From the NCBI GenBank assembly GCA_026396515.1, contig JAPLWQ010000002.1, positions 61,575 through 125,574 of the forward strand: 64,000 nt of DNA. The letters run 5' to 3'. How positions within the stretch are numbered: the stretch's first letter is position 1; every line of letters begins with the position of its first letter. Shown here one piece after another: positions 30,432 through 40,216 of this stretch. The notes under the pieces were generated by a model. That model was not told where the DNA came from and made no database searches. It was given only the letters and a program-made list of their open reading frames with translations. Source of the DNA: Candidatus Magasanikiibacteriota bacterium (GTDB taxonomy: Bacteria; Patescibacteriota; Patescibacteriia; Magasanikbacterales; GWA2-37-8). A program made the translations under genes and the position numbers.

Positions 30432-31976
30432 ATGAAATCCGTTGAAATTGGACAATTTGAAGCAAAAAAATCGCCCCAGCCGGAAAAAGCTTCCGCTAAA
30501 GAGGCTGTTGAAAGAGAAAATACTCAAGAACGTGAAACGGTCTCTAAATTTAAAGACCATATTGAACTAAAATATTTAGAGAGCGGGGCGGCAAACTTTT
30601 TTTCAACGATGGAAAAAATAATGGCCTTAGGATCGCCGGAGAAATCCGGTTCGGTGGAAATATCTCCGGAAGTCTTGCAGGAACTATCCTCTGCCGGAAA
30701 CCGCATTCACAAACGATACCGTGAAAATTACAATCAGTGGCTAAAAGAGCAACTTGCAGATGCCGGATCAGATATTGGAGTAATGGCGAAAGAATTGACG
30801 ATGATCGGCGAAGCGAGAAAAATCATGGGAGATAAAAATGTCAGTAATAATTTAATGCAGTTCGTCCGCGAAGGAAAAAAAATTAATTCGAAAAATTTTA
30901 TCGGGCTGACCGAAAGGATTGAAAATATTTATAAAGCTCTGGGTGATTTGGCGAAGAAAACCACTATGGATGATGTTGTACTCGCTTTTTATATTTATCT
31001 GATCGAGCGGACAATCGATGAATACAAAAATAAGCCGAAGAGCTTGAAAGAAAAAATCTTCGGACGAAAACTCCCTGACGCAGCGGCTCAGGCCAGAGGT
31101 TTTTATGATGAGGCCTACGCCTATAGCGACAGGCCCGGCACAGACATAGACAATCTTACTTACTTTGAATCCAATATCCTTGCTAAAATCGGACGAAAAG
31201 AGCCGGGCGGAAAAATAGTTTCACCTCATGCCACTCTGGCTGCGGATGTCCGTAAATGTCTAGGAACCATTGAAAAAAATTTCAACGGAAATCCGATAAA
31301 GCCCAAAGAAACGGATATGGAATCGGCGCCGGTTTATAACATTGATAAATTTGCCGAAGCAAGCGGGTACGGCCCCGGATACAAAAAAGCGATTGAGGCC
31401 ATGTTGCCGATCATCAGTGACAGCCAGCATGTTTCCAGTTTGAATTTCAAAAATGAAAGTAAGGGCGGCACTTTAGGCGAATATGGTCTGATAGACCGGT
31501 CAATCAGTATATTCCGGCCTGAAAAACCGATATCCGCCAGAGAAAGCGCGAAGGTGGTTGGACATGAATTGGGACATGCGCTAAGGCCTGAGACAATCCT
31601 TTCTTTGCCGGACGCATACAGATGGCAACTTGGCATTTCGGCCACATGTAGCGATGAGTTTTCCGGCTACCTGACAAATTACAGCGAAAACGCCGTAGGC
31701 ATTTACGCGGGGAACGCTCTGCCCGGAATATTGCACGCAATGACAAGACCAACAAAAGAAGGAGAAAAATTTATGAGGCAGATCGTTATATCAGATTACG
31801 AGGAGGAATGGGCGGAAATAACGGGTTTTGCCGTTGCCACGCCGGACATTCTTAAAAAAACATGCCCTGAAAAAGATTGGTTTGTTAAAGATACGGCAAA
31901 GAAGTTGGGCCTGGATATTGAAGCCATGGCAAAAAAGGCGGACTTGGCGCTCTCTGAAGACGAACAAAACGCCTGA
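30432..31976 (+). CDS. Hypothetical cytoplasmic protein with an HExxH zinc-metallopeptidase-like motif
   Basis: VVGHELGHAL at residues ~375-384; no signal peptide; otherwise unrecognised. Confidence 0.5.
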   Translation: MKSVEIGQFEAKKSPQPEKASAKEAVERENTQERETVSKFKDHIELKYLESGAANFFSTMEKIMALGSPEKSGSVEISPEVLQELSSAGNRIHKRYRENYNQWLKEQLADAGSDIGVMAKELTMIGEARKIMGDKNVSNNLMQFVREGKKINSKNFIGLTERIENIYKALGDLAKKTTMDDVVLAFYIYLIERTIDEYKNKPKSLKEKIFGRKLPDAAAQARGFYDEAYAYSDRPGTDIDNLTYFESNILAKIGRKEPGGKIVSPHATLAADVRKCLGTIEKNFNGNPIKPKETDMESAPVYNIDKFAEASGYGPGYKKAIEAMLPIISDSQHVSSLNFKNESKGGTLGEYGLIDRSISIFRPEKPISARESAKVVGHELGHALRPETILSLPDAYRWQLGISATCSDEFSGYLTNYSENAVGIYAGNALPGILHAMTRPTKEGEKFMRQIVISDYEEEWAEITGFAVATPDILKKTCPEKDWFVKDTAKKLGLDIEAMAKKADLALSEDEQNA

Positions 31977-32005
31977 CTTATAAACAGATATTTCTTTCAT
32001 CTCAT

Positions 32006-32269
32006 ATGAATTTCACAATCTCAATAAAAGGCAAGGATGCGGGCATTATTAAATTGACTTCAGAAAGCTACGATGTTTCATCAATAAAACCGCCAAAAGA
32101 ACAAAAAAAAATGGCCGGATTATTGGATGATTATTATAAAAATGGCATTACAGGTGTTGCCTTTACACATGATGCAAAAAAAACCAGTATTACGATTTCA
32201 GAAAATGAAAAATTATTTTTTCTTGAACTTGGGTTGAAACTTCAGGAGATGGGATATTCAGTAAAATAA
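32006..32269 (+). CDS. Hypothetical protein (87 aa)
   Basis: ORF 30 nt downstream of the HExxH protein; probably co-transcribed. Confidence 0.4.
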   Translation: MNFTISIKGKDAGIIKLTSESYDVSSIKPPKEQKKMAGLLDDYYKNGITGVAFTHDAKKTSITISENEKLFFLELGLKLQEMGYSVK

Positions 32270-32291
32270 AATCACACCTGTTGGAAAACAC

Positions 32292-32315
32292 AAAAACTCC
32301 CTTTCGGGAGTTTTT
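32292..32315. terminator. Bidirectional terminator serving both the 32006 gene (+) and rnpB (-)
   Basis: AAAACTCCC-TTTC-GGGAGTTTTT. Confidence 0.55.
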
Positions 32316-32320
32316 GCTTT

Positions 32321-32737
32321 GTTCATTATAATAAGCCGAATTTTGTAACCCCGACTAAGTCGGGACAGCAATCATTTCTCTAGGCCGTTTGTTGCCAAAC
32401 GACTCAAGCGAGCGAACTTTTTATCCCGACTTTACGCCGGGACTCTGCTCTTGCACGCAGGTAAGGATTTTGCCGTTTCACCTTCAATCTTTTATCCCCT
32501 TGATTGAAGCTAAGCTCATTTATGATTTAACACAAATTTGGGGTTGGCTCTCTTTGGTTTTTCAACCAAAGACGTCTCTGCTCGCACCTCTGGGATCACT
32601 CCCGACGGGCGTTACCCGCTACCCTTTTCGTTTTTTGCGCCGCGTGGCGCTGAGCGCCACTTGAGCGACGCTAAGCGTCGCGTGTTCGGACTTTCCTCCA
32701 TGTATAAAATACACAGCGATTGCTTGTAATGAACCCA
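32321..32737 (-). ncRNA. rnpB: RNase P RNA, bacterial type A
   Basis: Minus-strand RNA has the P4 5' strand GGAGGAAAGUCCGAAC with bulged U, the P4 3' strand ACAAAAUUCGGCUUAU, P1 pairing GUUCAUUA/UAAUGAAC, a P3 hairpin UGUGUAU-UUU-AUACACA, GGUAACGCC (P9/P10 region), GCUUGAGUC and GGCCUAGAGAAAUGAUUGCUGUCC (P15-P18 region); ~415 nt; own TTGACA-N17-TATATT promoter. Track ORFs 32389..32664 and 32538..32729 inside it are spurious. Confidence 0.75.
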
Positions 32738-32740
32738 AGT

Positions 32741-32810
32741 AATATAGCACATTTTGGCTGTTTTGTCAATACGCTTAGCGTTTGACGCACGCCAACAAAT
32801 AGCGTAAAAT
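32741..32810. promoter_or_regulatory. Divergent promoter pair: minus-strand TTGACA-N17-TATATT for rnpB and plus-strand TTGACG-N17-TAAAAT for the glycan-locus sugar transferase
   Basis: TTTTGTCAA at 32761-32769 and TTTGACG at 32781-32787 with matching -10 elements. Confidence 0.5.
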
Positions 32811-32837
32811 ACAGGGCATTAAAGCTAAAATACTACC

Positions 32838-34256
32838 ATGAAAAAATTTGAATTAACTTTCGCCGTCCTGCAGGTGCCGATCGATTTCTGTGCCATCGCG
32901 CTCGCCGGCTTTACCGCTTACACTTTGCGCTTCACTGAATACATGCGCGCTATCAGGCCAATTCTTTTTAATATTTCTTGGAATAAATACTGGCCGGTCG
33001 TATTTCTGGTTGCCATTATCTGGGTGATTATTATTGCACTGGCCGGACTCTACAGCACGGCGCAAACGAGAAAAATGGCCCGCGACCTGCCCCGCATAAT
33101 TTTTGCCTGCTCCACCGGATTTGCCGGCATTACCATTTACGTTTTTTTCACTTTGCAAAAATTTGATTCCCGCTTCCTGGTTTTGGTCGGCTGGCTTTTG
33201 GCCATTATTTATGTTTTTGTCGGACGTATACTCGTTTTGGGAATTAAACGTTTGCTCTTCCGCGCCGGTATTGGCCTGCGCCGTACAGTTATTATAGGCA
33301 CACAAACTGTGGCCGAAGCCATAAAACAAGCGCTGACAAAAAGCACCAATGCCGGGTTTAAACTTGTCGGCAGTTTTGCGCATTTTGATAATGGCATAAT
33401 TTCGCAGATTGTTGCTCTAAGACCGGATGAAATAATCTTTACCGATCCGAAAGCCAATGAAGATGAAGCTTTTAGAGCGATTGATTTCGCCAACGACAAC
33501 AATATCGCTTTCAAATATTCGGCCGACTTGTTCGCCACCATCTCTTCAAACATGACGGTGACTACCATCGCCGGCGTACCGATTGTTGAACTTCGCAGAA
33601 CTCGCCTGACCGGCTGGGGCCGAATTTTTAAACGATTGTTTGATATTGTTGGCAGCTTATTTTTACTCATTCTCTCCTCCCCTATTTATCTGGTTATTTC
33701 AATAATTATTTTATTAGAAACCGGACGGCCGATATTTTACAAAAATGAGCGTGTCGGCGCTTATGGTAAAAAATTCTTTACCTTAAAATTCCGTTCAATG
33801 TTTCAAAAAGACTGCACCGGTGCTCAATTTGGAAAATCCGGCGACGACGCGCTGAAACATGAAGCTGAATTAATTGAAAAAAATAGCGTAAAGGAGGGGC
33901 CCGTGTACAAAATTGCCAATGACCCGCGCGTTACAAAATTCGGACGTTTCATTCGTAAATGGAGTATCGATGAGCTGCCGCAATTTTGGAATGTATTTAT
34001 CGGACAAATGAGTTTGGTTGGCCCGCGCCCGCATCAGCCGCGTGAGGTGGAAAAATACGAGAAGCACCATAAAATTGTTTTAGCAATTAAGCCCGGAATA
34101 ACCGGCATGGCGCAAATATCAGGCCGAAGCGATTTGAGCTTCGAGGACGAGATAAAACTGGACGCCTTCTATATTGAAAATTGGAACTTGCTAATTGATT
34201 TGATTATATTGATAAAAACTCCTTTTGTTGTCTTTCGGCGCAAAGGAGCCTGGTAA
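32838..34256 (+). CDS. Polyprenyl-phosphate glycosyl-1-phosphate transferase (WbaP/PglC-like initiating sugar transferase)
   Basis: 4-5 N-terminal TM helices; C-terminal bacterial sugar-transferase domain (PIFYKNERVGAYGKKFFTLKFRSM ... PGITGMAQISGRSDLSFEDEIKLD). Confidence 0.85.
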   Translation: MKKFELTFAVLQVPIDFCAIALAGFTAYTLRFTEYMRAIRPILFNISWNKYWPVVFLVAIIWVIIIALAGLYSTAQTRKMARDLPRIIFACSTGFAGITIYVFFTLQKFDSRFLVLVGWLLAIIYVFVGRILVLGIKRLLFRAGIGLRRTVIIGTQTVAEAIKQALTKSTNAGFKLVGSFAHFDNGIISQIVALRPDEIIFTDPKANEDEAFRAIDFANDNNIAFKYSADLFATISSNMTVTTIAGVPIVELRRTRLTGWGRIFKRLFDIVGSLFLLILSSPIYLVISIIILLETGRPIFYKNERVGAYGKKFFTLKFRSMFQKDCTGAQFGKSGDDALKHEAELIEKNSVKEGPVYKIANDPRVTKFGRFIRKWSIDELPQFWNVFIGQMSLVGPRPHQPREVEKYEKHHKIVLAIKPGITGMAQISGRSDLSFEDEIKLDAFYIENWNLLIDLIILIKTPFVVFRRKGAW

Positions 34257-34259
34257 AAT

Positions 34260-35378
34260 ATGCGAATCGCCCTAGTACACGATTATCTCTCGCAAGACGG
34301 AGGGGCGGAGCGAGTTTTGAAATCCCTCCAAGAAATTTGGCCCGAGGCGCCAATTTTTGTTTTGTTTCATGACAGAAAAAAAATTAATTATTTTGACCGG
34401 GAAAAAATTCAGGAGTCTTTTCTTTCTAAAATGCCATTTGTCCGGTCCGCTTTTCAATGGTATCTGCCATGGATGCCTTCGGCAACCGAGCATCATGACT
34501 TGCGCGACTTCGACGTTGTACTGTCTTCAACCAGCGCTTTTGCCAAAGGCGTTATAACCCCGCCGGGAACCTTGCATATATCCTATTGCCATACTCCGCC
34601 GCGCTACCTCTGGGCTGATTCAAACGAGTATATCGCCGAGTTAAACCATTCATCAATTATTAAAGCTTTTTTACCTAATATTCTTCATAAATTGCGTCTT
34701 TGGGATAAAATGAGCGCTGATCGTGTTGATCATTTTATCGCAAATTCGCACACTGTCGAACAAAGAATACGCAAATATTACAGGCGCGAGTCGGAAATTA
34801 TCCATCCGCCAATTGAAACGGATAAATTCAAGGTATCGAATGACATCGGCGACTATTTTGTTTCGGGCGGCCGGCTGGTGCCATATAAACGATTCGACCT
34901 CCTGGTAGCCGCATTCAATCGTCTGCGCCAGCCGTTAAAAATTTTCGGCATCGGACCGGAACTTGCGCGCCTTAAAAAGCACGCCAGATCAAATATTGAA
35001 TTTTTAGGAGCGGTGAGCGAAGAACAAAAATATGACATATTAAGCCATGCCCGTGCTTTTATTAATCCACAAACGGAGGATTTCGGCATTACGGCTGTGG
35101 AAGCGATGGCCAGCGGACGGCCGGTAATAGCCTATCAGGATGGTGGCTCTACAGAAACAATCAGGGAAAACCAAACCGGCGTTTTTTTCAAAAAACAAAA
35201 TTGGGAGTCATTATTTGACACTGTTACAAAATTTAATTATGAGAACTGGGACGGCGGACTTATCCGCGATCATGCCAAACAATTTGATTCGGCAAAATTT
35301 AAAGACCGCATTGAAAAATTCGTGACCGGTAAACTCGAAGAATTTAAAAATAAATCGTATCAACCGGCTATTTTATAA
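34260..35378 (+). CDS. Glycosyltransferase family 4
   Basis: GT4 E-x7-E region EDFGITAVEAMASGRPVIAYQDGG. Confidence 0.8.
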   Translation: MRIALVHDYLSQDGGAERVLKSLQEIWPEAPIFVLFHDRKKINYFDREKIQESFLSKMPFVRSAFQWYLPWMPSATEHHDLRDFDVVLSSTSAFAKGVITPPGTLHISYCHTPPRYLWADSNEYIAELNHSSIIKAFLPNILHKLRLWDKMSADRVDHFIANSHTVEQRIRKYYRRESEIIHPPIETDKFKVSNDIGDYFVSGGRLVPYKRFDLLVAAFNRLRQPLKIFGIGPELARLKKHARSNIEFLGAVSEEQKYDILSHARAFINPQTEDFGITAVEAMASGRPVIAYQDGGSTETIRENQTGVFFKKQNWESLFDTVTKFNYENWDGGLIRDHAKQFDSAKFKDRIEKFVTGKLEEFKNKSYQPAIL

Positions 35379-35384
35379 CCTGCT

Positions 35385-36503
35385 ATGAATATCGGCATTG
35401 ATATCCGCACACTCATGACTGCGCCAAGAACCGGCGTAGGCGAATATACTTTTGAACTTCTAAATGCCATTTTAACTATTGACCGAACGAACCAGTATTT
35501 TTTATTTTATAATTCCAGCCGCGACGTGTCGGATAATATTCCACACTGGCAATATGACAACGTAAAAATTATCGGATCGCACACGCCAAACAAATTTTTT
35601 AACGCTTCGCTCGCGCTTTTTGGCCGGCCGAGATTGGACAGGCTCGTCGACAAAAAATCAATTGACTATTGGTTCGCGCCAAATCTGAATTTCACCGCCT
35701 TGTCAGCCAAAACAAAATATATTCTGACTGTACACGACTTGTCATTTCAATTTTTTCCTGAATTTTCTACCGGAAAACAATACTGGTGGCACAAAGCGGT
35801 CCATCCGCGTAAACAATGCGAACGCGCCAACCTGATTATTACCCCGTCGGAAAATACGAAGTATGACATCATGGATTACTATCACATTGCGCCTGAAAAA
35901 ATTCGAGTAATTTATCCGGGAATAAAACAAGGAGAAGGGGCCTCGATTACAAAGGAAATTTTGCAGAAATACAATCTTCCTGAAAAATTTATCTTATTCC
36001 TCGGAACGATAGAACCAAGAAAAAATATTACCGGTTTGATCGATGCTTTTGAAAAATATTCAGGCGATTGTACACTGGTTATTGCCGGCGCTTCAGGATG
36101 GAAGAATGAAAGCATATTTATTCGGATGCGGACATCAAAGTGCCGGAGCCGCGTCAAATTTATTGGCTTTATTGCCCCAGAGGATAAATTTGCGCTCTAC
36201 AGTGCGGCTCAAATCTTTGTTTACCCCAGTTTATACGAAGGTTTCGGCTTCCCCGTTCTTGAGGCTATGGCTGCCGGCACGCCAGTTATCACTTCAAATC
36301 GGTCATCTTTACCGGAAATCGCCGGTTCGGCAGCCTATTTGGTCGACCCAGCCCGTCCGGATCAAATCACGTCCGCTTTGAACGAATTATTTACCAAACC
36401 GGCTCTTCGCGACCGATATATTCAAAAAGGATATGAGCAATCGGCTAAATTTTCATGGGAAAAAGCGGCAAGGGAATGGCTAAATTGTATACCAAGCATA
36501 TGA
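35385..36503 (+). CDS. Glycosyltransferase family 4
   Basis: YEGFGFPVLEAMAAGTPVITSNRSSLPEIAG. Confidence 0.8.
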   Translation: MNIGIDIRTLMTAPRTGVGEYTFELLNAILTIDRTNQYFLFYNSSRDVSDNIPHWQYDNVKIIGSHTPNKFFNASLALFGRPRLDRLVDKKSIDYWFAPNLNFTALSAKTKYILTVHDLSFQFFPEFSTGKQYWWHKAVHPRKQCERANLIITPSENTKYDIMDYYHIAPEKIRVIYPGIKQGEGASITKEILQKYNLPEKFILFLGTIEPRKNITGLIDAFEKYSGDCTLVIAGASGWKNESIFIRMRTSKCRSRVKFIGFIAPEDKFALYSAAQIFVYPSLYEGFGFPVLEAMAAGTPVITSNRSSLPEIAGSAAYLVDPARPDQITSALNELFTKPALRDRYIQKGYEQSAKFSWEKAAREWLNCIPSI

Positions 36504-37609
36504 AAATCGGCATTGACGCCCGCATGCTCGGACCAAAGCAAGGTGGAATCGGGCGGTATGTGGAACAATTGGTAAAGCATTTAACTGCGGCCGACCAGTC
36601 TCATGATTTTTTTATTTTTTTACGTAAAGAAAATTGGGATTTAGTTAAAGAAACGCCGAATGTCAAAAAAGTTTTGGCTGATATCCACTGGTATGGCTGG
36701 CGCGAACAATTGCTTTTGCCCGGTATTATTAAACGGGAAAAAATCGATTTAATGCATTTTCCACACTGGAACATTCCGCTTCTTTATCGCGGTAAATTTC
36801 TCGTAACAATTCACGACCTGCTGTTACTGCACTACCCTACCCGCGCCGCAAGTACACTCGGTCCAGCCGCGTATTTTTTTAAAAACATCGCCTACCGTAT
36901 AATATTGCGACACGCCATAAAAAATTCCAAACACATTATTGCGCCGAGTGAATTTACAAAAAATGATATTATTAAATTCTTCAAAGTTGGGCCGGAAAAA
37001 ATTACAGTGACTCATTTGGCGCCGATGCCGCTGGATTCCCGTCTGCGCGGGAATGACAATAAAAACATCTTTCCAAAAATTACGAAGCCCTACGTTCTTT
37101 ACGTCGGAGTTGCCTATCCACATAAAAATTTGGAAGGACTGATTGAGGCGTGGAAAATGTTTTGCGCCGAGCATGGGAATGATTATCAACTAGTCCTCGC
37201 CGGACGAAAGAACTTTTTTTACGAAAAACTCGAACAATCGACCACCGCACCAGGCATAATATTTACTGACTATTTACCGGACGAGGACCTGCCGGCTCTT
37301 TACCAGGGCGCTTCGCTCTATGTATTCCCGTCTTTTTATGAAGGCTTTGGCCTCCCTCCGCTTGAAGCCATGCAATATGGCGTGCCGGTTGCTTCATCAA
37401 ACGCCACTTGCCTGCCGGAGATTTTAAACGAAGCCGCCGCGTATTTTGACCCACGCGATCCCACTGATATAGCGGCCACGATTTGGCGCGTCCTGACGGA
37501 CCTAGAAATGCGCGAAACATTGACTAAAAATGGTGTTCAACTTATCCACAATTACTCTTGGGAAAAAGCCGCCAAAACGACTTTAGAGGTCTTCAATAGT
37601 GTGCTATAA
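36500..37609 (+). CDS. Glycosyltransferase family 4
   Basis: YEGFGLPPLEAMQYGVPVASSNATCLPEI. Start set at the ATG of an ATGA overlap with the upstream stop (MKIGIDARM, parallel to the 35385 N-terminus); the track start 36455 is probably too far upstream. Confidence 0.8.
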   Translation: MKIGIDARMLGPKQGGIGRYVEQLVKHLTAADQSHDFFIFLRKENWDLVKETPNVKKVLADIHWYGWREQLLLPGIIKREKIDLMHFPHWNIPLLYRGKFLVTIHDLLLLHYPTRAASTLGPAAYFFKNIAYRIILRHAIKNSKHIIAPSEFTKNDIIKFFKVGPEKITVTHLAPMPLDSRLRGNDNKNIFPKITKPYVLYVGVAYPHKNLEGLIEAWKMFCAEHGNDYQLVLAGRKNFFYEKLEQSTTAPGIIFTDYLPDEDLPALYQGASLYVFPSFYEGFGLPPLEAMQYGVPVASSNATCLPEILNEAAAYFDPRDPTDIAATIWRVLTDLEMRETLTKNGVQLIHNYSWEKAAKTTLEVFNSVL

Positions 37610-37637
37610 TAAGGTAAATTATTACTAATTTACCCTG

Positions 37638-40184
37638 ATGCTTCGAAGAGGAAAAAAACCTCAACTGCGCGCCTGTTCAGTGTGCAATAAACCGGGACAC
37701 AACAAATCACGCTGTCCGGAGTTTTTAAGGTCGGCGGAAACTAAAAGTGGCCGGGAAGAAACGCCGATAAAAATGTATCTTCATGAAAAGTATCAGGCAA
37801 TCCGCTCGCCTCATATAATTGAACTTAGGCATAAAGAAAATCTTTGGGAGAAGATTAATTCTTTTTCTCCGTCTATTACCCCATCCCCTTTTCAATTAGA
37901 CGAACCGTCGTCTGGCGCAACGCCGGCAATAAATCCAAAACGTGTTCAAATAATGCCTCGTTTGGCAAAGCCAAAAAGACAACGTCAGAAAATTTCTTTT
38001 GCTTTACTAACTCGTAAGATGTCCTATTGGCGTGAAAAACGCAGAGCGTCCATGGCGATGACAAAACTTCACGAAGCAATAATAAAATACTACGCCCACG
38101 AAAATTTTGCACCAACCAAAAACATTGTCGCAGACCAGCCCCGGCAGGCCAACTCACCAACAGCGCATTCGGAAGCTGGCGTATGGCCCCTTGCAAAATA
38201 TCTTTTCTGGCGCACGGCCATTGTGGTAATTTTGCTTGTTATTCCTTTTAAAGCGAGCACATTTTATCAATCAATTAAGCAGACAACCGGTACTATCGCT
38301 GCCAGTGGCACAGAAGGTTTCATGGCTCTTCAAGAATCCACTGCGGCGATCATGCAATCGGATTTACAAACAGCTGAAGATTCAGTGGTAAATGCCCTGG
38401 ATAAGTTTAATAATGCCGTTGAAGTGATGGAGGGCAACCATCGTCTTTTGCAAAAAATTGTTTCCGCTGTTCCGATCGTTTACAACGAAGTTCAAAGCCG
38501 GCAAAAACTGATTACGGCCGGCCAAAAGATCGCTCTTGGCAACACCTACCTTATTAAGGGTTTGTATGAAAGCCAGCAAGCTGTTTCTTCAACACTGACT
38601 GTCAGGGTAAAAACGGTCACCGAACATCTAAATGCGGCCATTCCGAGTTACAAAGCGGCACTAAGCGACTTAACTGCCGCCGATCCGGATGTACTGCCTC
38701 TTGAATACCAAAATGCCTTTAAAGATTTCCGCCTTTTATTTACTACATTTCTTGATGATTTGGAAAATATTGTCGAAATTGGCAAAGCAGTCGAGGATAT
38801 ATTCGGCGGCCAGGGCTTACGCCGTTATTTAATAGTATTCCAAAATCCGCACGAGATCAGGCCAACCGGCGGTTTCATCGGCAGTTTTGCTTTATTAGAT
38901 ATCAAAGACGGCCAAGTTGTAAAACTGGATATTCCAGCCGGTGGTTCATATGATTTGCAGGGTCAACTGGACACTTATGTTGAGCCACCGACTCCGCTTC
39001 TGCTTTCAAATAAACGCTGGGAATTTCAGGACTCAAACTGGTTTGCCGACTTTCCCGCCAGCGCGGAAAAGATGCTTTGGTTCTACCGACATTCAAGAAA
39101 AGTGACGGCCGACGGGGTTATCGCCATTAATGCCACTGTCTTAGAACGGCTTCTTTCTGTGCTTGGCCCGGTCAATGATACAGGCCGGGACCTAACCCTT
39201 ACTGCCGCCAACGCCATACCGACGATTCAACAGATTGTCGAGGAGGGACCGGAAAAGAAATTAGCTCGGCCAAAACAAGTTCTCTCCGATCTGGCGCCAC
39301 AATTTATCAGCTTGATATATTCATCCAAACCGGAACAAATATTAACTCTGATGGCAAATTTGTCTGAAGCACTAACGCAAAAAGAGATACAGACATATTT
39401 TACTGACGCGGCTATTGAAAAAACGGCCAAAAATTTTGGCTGGGCCGGCCACATTTGGCCGACGCAAATCGGACAAGACTATTTACTGGCGGTCAATACG
39501 AATATTCAGGGTCAAAAAACAGACGCCGAAATAAAACAAACCATCAGCCACCAGGCAATCGTATCGGATGACGGTACCATCACCGATACAGTGATGATTA
39601 CGCGCGAGCACACCGGAAAACCCGGGGAAAAACTCTACGGCCAGACAAATATTGATTATTTACGAGTATACGTACCGCTCGGCTCCAAACTCATTTCTGC
39701 CGGCGGCTTTATATGGCCGGATGAAAAGAAATTCAGAGTGCCTGATCCCTGGACAAAAAAAGATGAGTTTTTGCTGAAACAAGAAAAAGAAATCGGTTTT
39801 GATGATAACACCGGCACACGCATTACCGAAGAGTTCGGGAAAACCGTCTTCGGCAACTGGTTGATACTTGAACCGGGAGAAAAAAAGCAAATTCACTTCA
39901 GCTATACGCTTCCATTTAAAGCAATTTTCTCCAAAGCAAATGAGCGTGCACTTATCGGAAAAATTGTTAATGAGGAATATCTGACTTCCCGTTTTCAGCT
40001 TGTGGTACAAAAACAATCCGGACAAGATACTAATTTTGAAAGTCAGGTTATCTTTCCGACCTCATGGCACCCCAGCTGGAAAGAGGGCGAGGATTGCACT
40101 CTGGCAATGAACGGCTTGGGTATTAATAACATTGAATTAAAAAATGACAGCGTTTGGAGTTTGCTCATGCGCCAAGATCAATAA
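37638..40184 (+). CDS. Large membrane protein: N-terminal CCHC zinc knuckle, one TM, ~650-aa extracytoplasmic DUF4012-like domain
   Basis: CSVCNKPGHNKSRCPE (C-x2-C-x4-H-x4-C); TM WPLAKYLFWRTAIVVILLVIPF; conserved LRRYLIVFQNPHEIRPTGGFIGSFALLD. Confidence 0.55.
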   Translation: MLRRGKKPQLRACSVCNKPGHNKSRCPEFLRSAETKSGREETPIKMYLHEKYQAIRSPHIIELRHKENLWEKINSFSPSITPSPFQLDEPSSGATPAINPKRVQIMPRLAKPKRQRQKISFALLTRKMSYWREKRRASMAMTKLHEAIIKYYAHENFAPTKNIVADQPRQANSPTAHSEAGVWPLAKYLFWRTAIVVILLVIPFKASTFYQSIKQTTGTIAASGTEGFMALQESTAAIMQSDLQTAEDSVVNALDKFNNAVEVMEGNHRLLQKIVSAVPIVYNEVQSRQKLITAGQKIALGNTYLIKGLYESQQAVSSTLTVRVKTVTEHLNAAIPSYKAALSDLTAADPDVLPLEYQNAFKDFRLLFTTFLDDLENIVEIGKAVEDIFGGQGLRRYLIVFQNPHEIRPTGGFIGSFALLDIKDGQVVKLDIPAGGSYDLQGQLDTYVEPPTPLLLSNKRWEFQDSNWFADFPASAEKMLWFYRHSRKVTADGVIAINATVLERLLSVLGPVNDTGRDLTLTAANAIPTIQQIVEEGPEKKLARPKQVLSDLAPQFISLIYSSKPEQILTLMANLSEALTQKEIQTYFTDAAIEKTAKNFGWAGHIWPTQIGQDYLLAVNTNIQGQKTDAEIKQTISHQAIVSDDGTITDTVMITREHTGKPGEKLYGQTNIDYLRVYVPLGSKLISAGGFIWPDEKKFRVPDPWTKKDEFLLKQEKEIGFDDNTGTRITEEFGKTVFGNWLILEPGEKKQIHFSYTLPFKAIFSKANERALIGKIVNEEYLTSRFQLVVQKQSGQDTNFESQVIFPTSWHPSWKEGEDCTLAMNGLGINNIELKNDSVWSLLMRQDQ

Positions 40185-40216
40185 ATTTATCAGTTATTAT
40201 TTAGTATTTATATTTT

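Noticed and set aside
32389-32729. Two overlapping plus-strand ORFs (91 aa and 63 aa)
   Set aside because: They sit on the antisense of the RNase P RNA; no SD; low-complexity translation.
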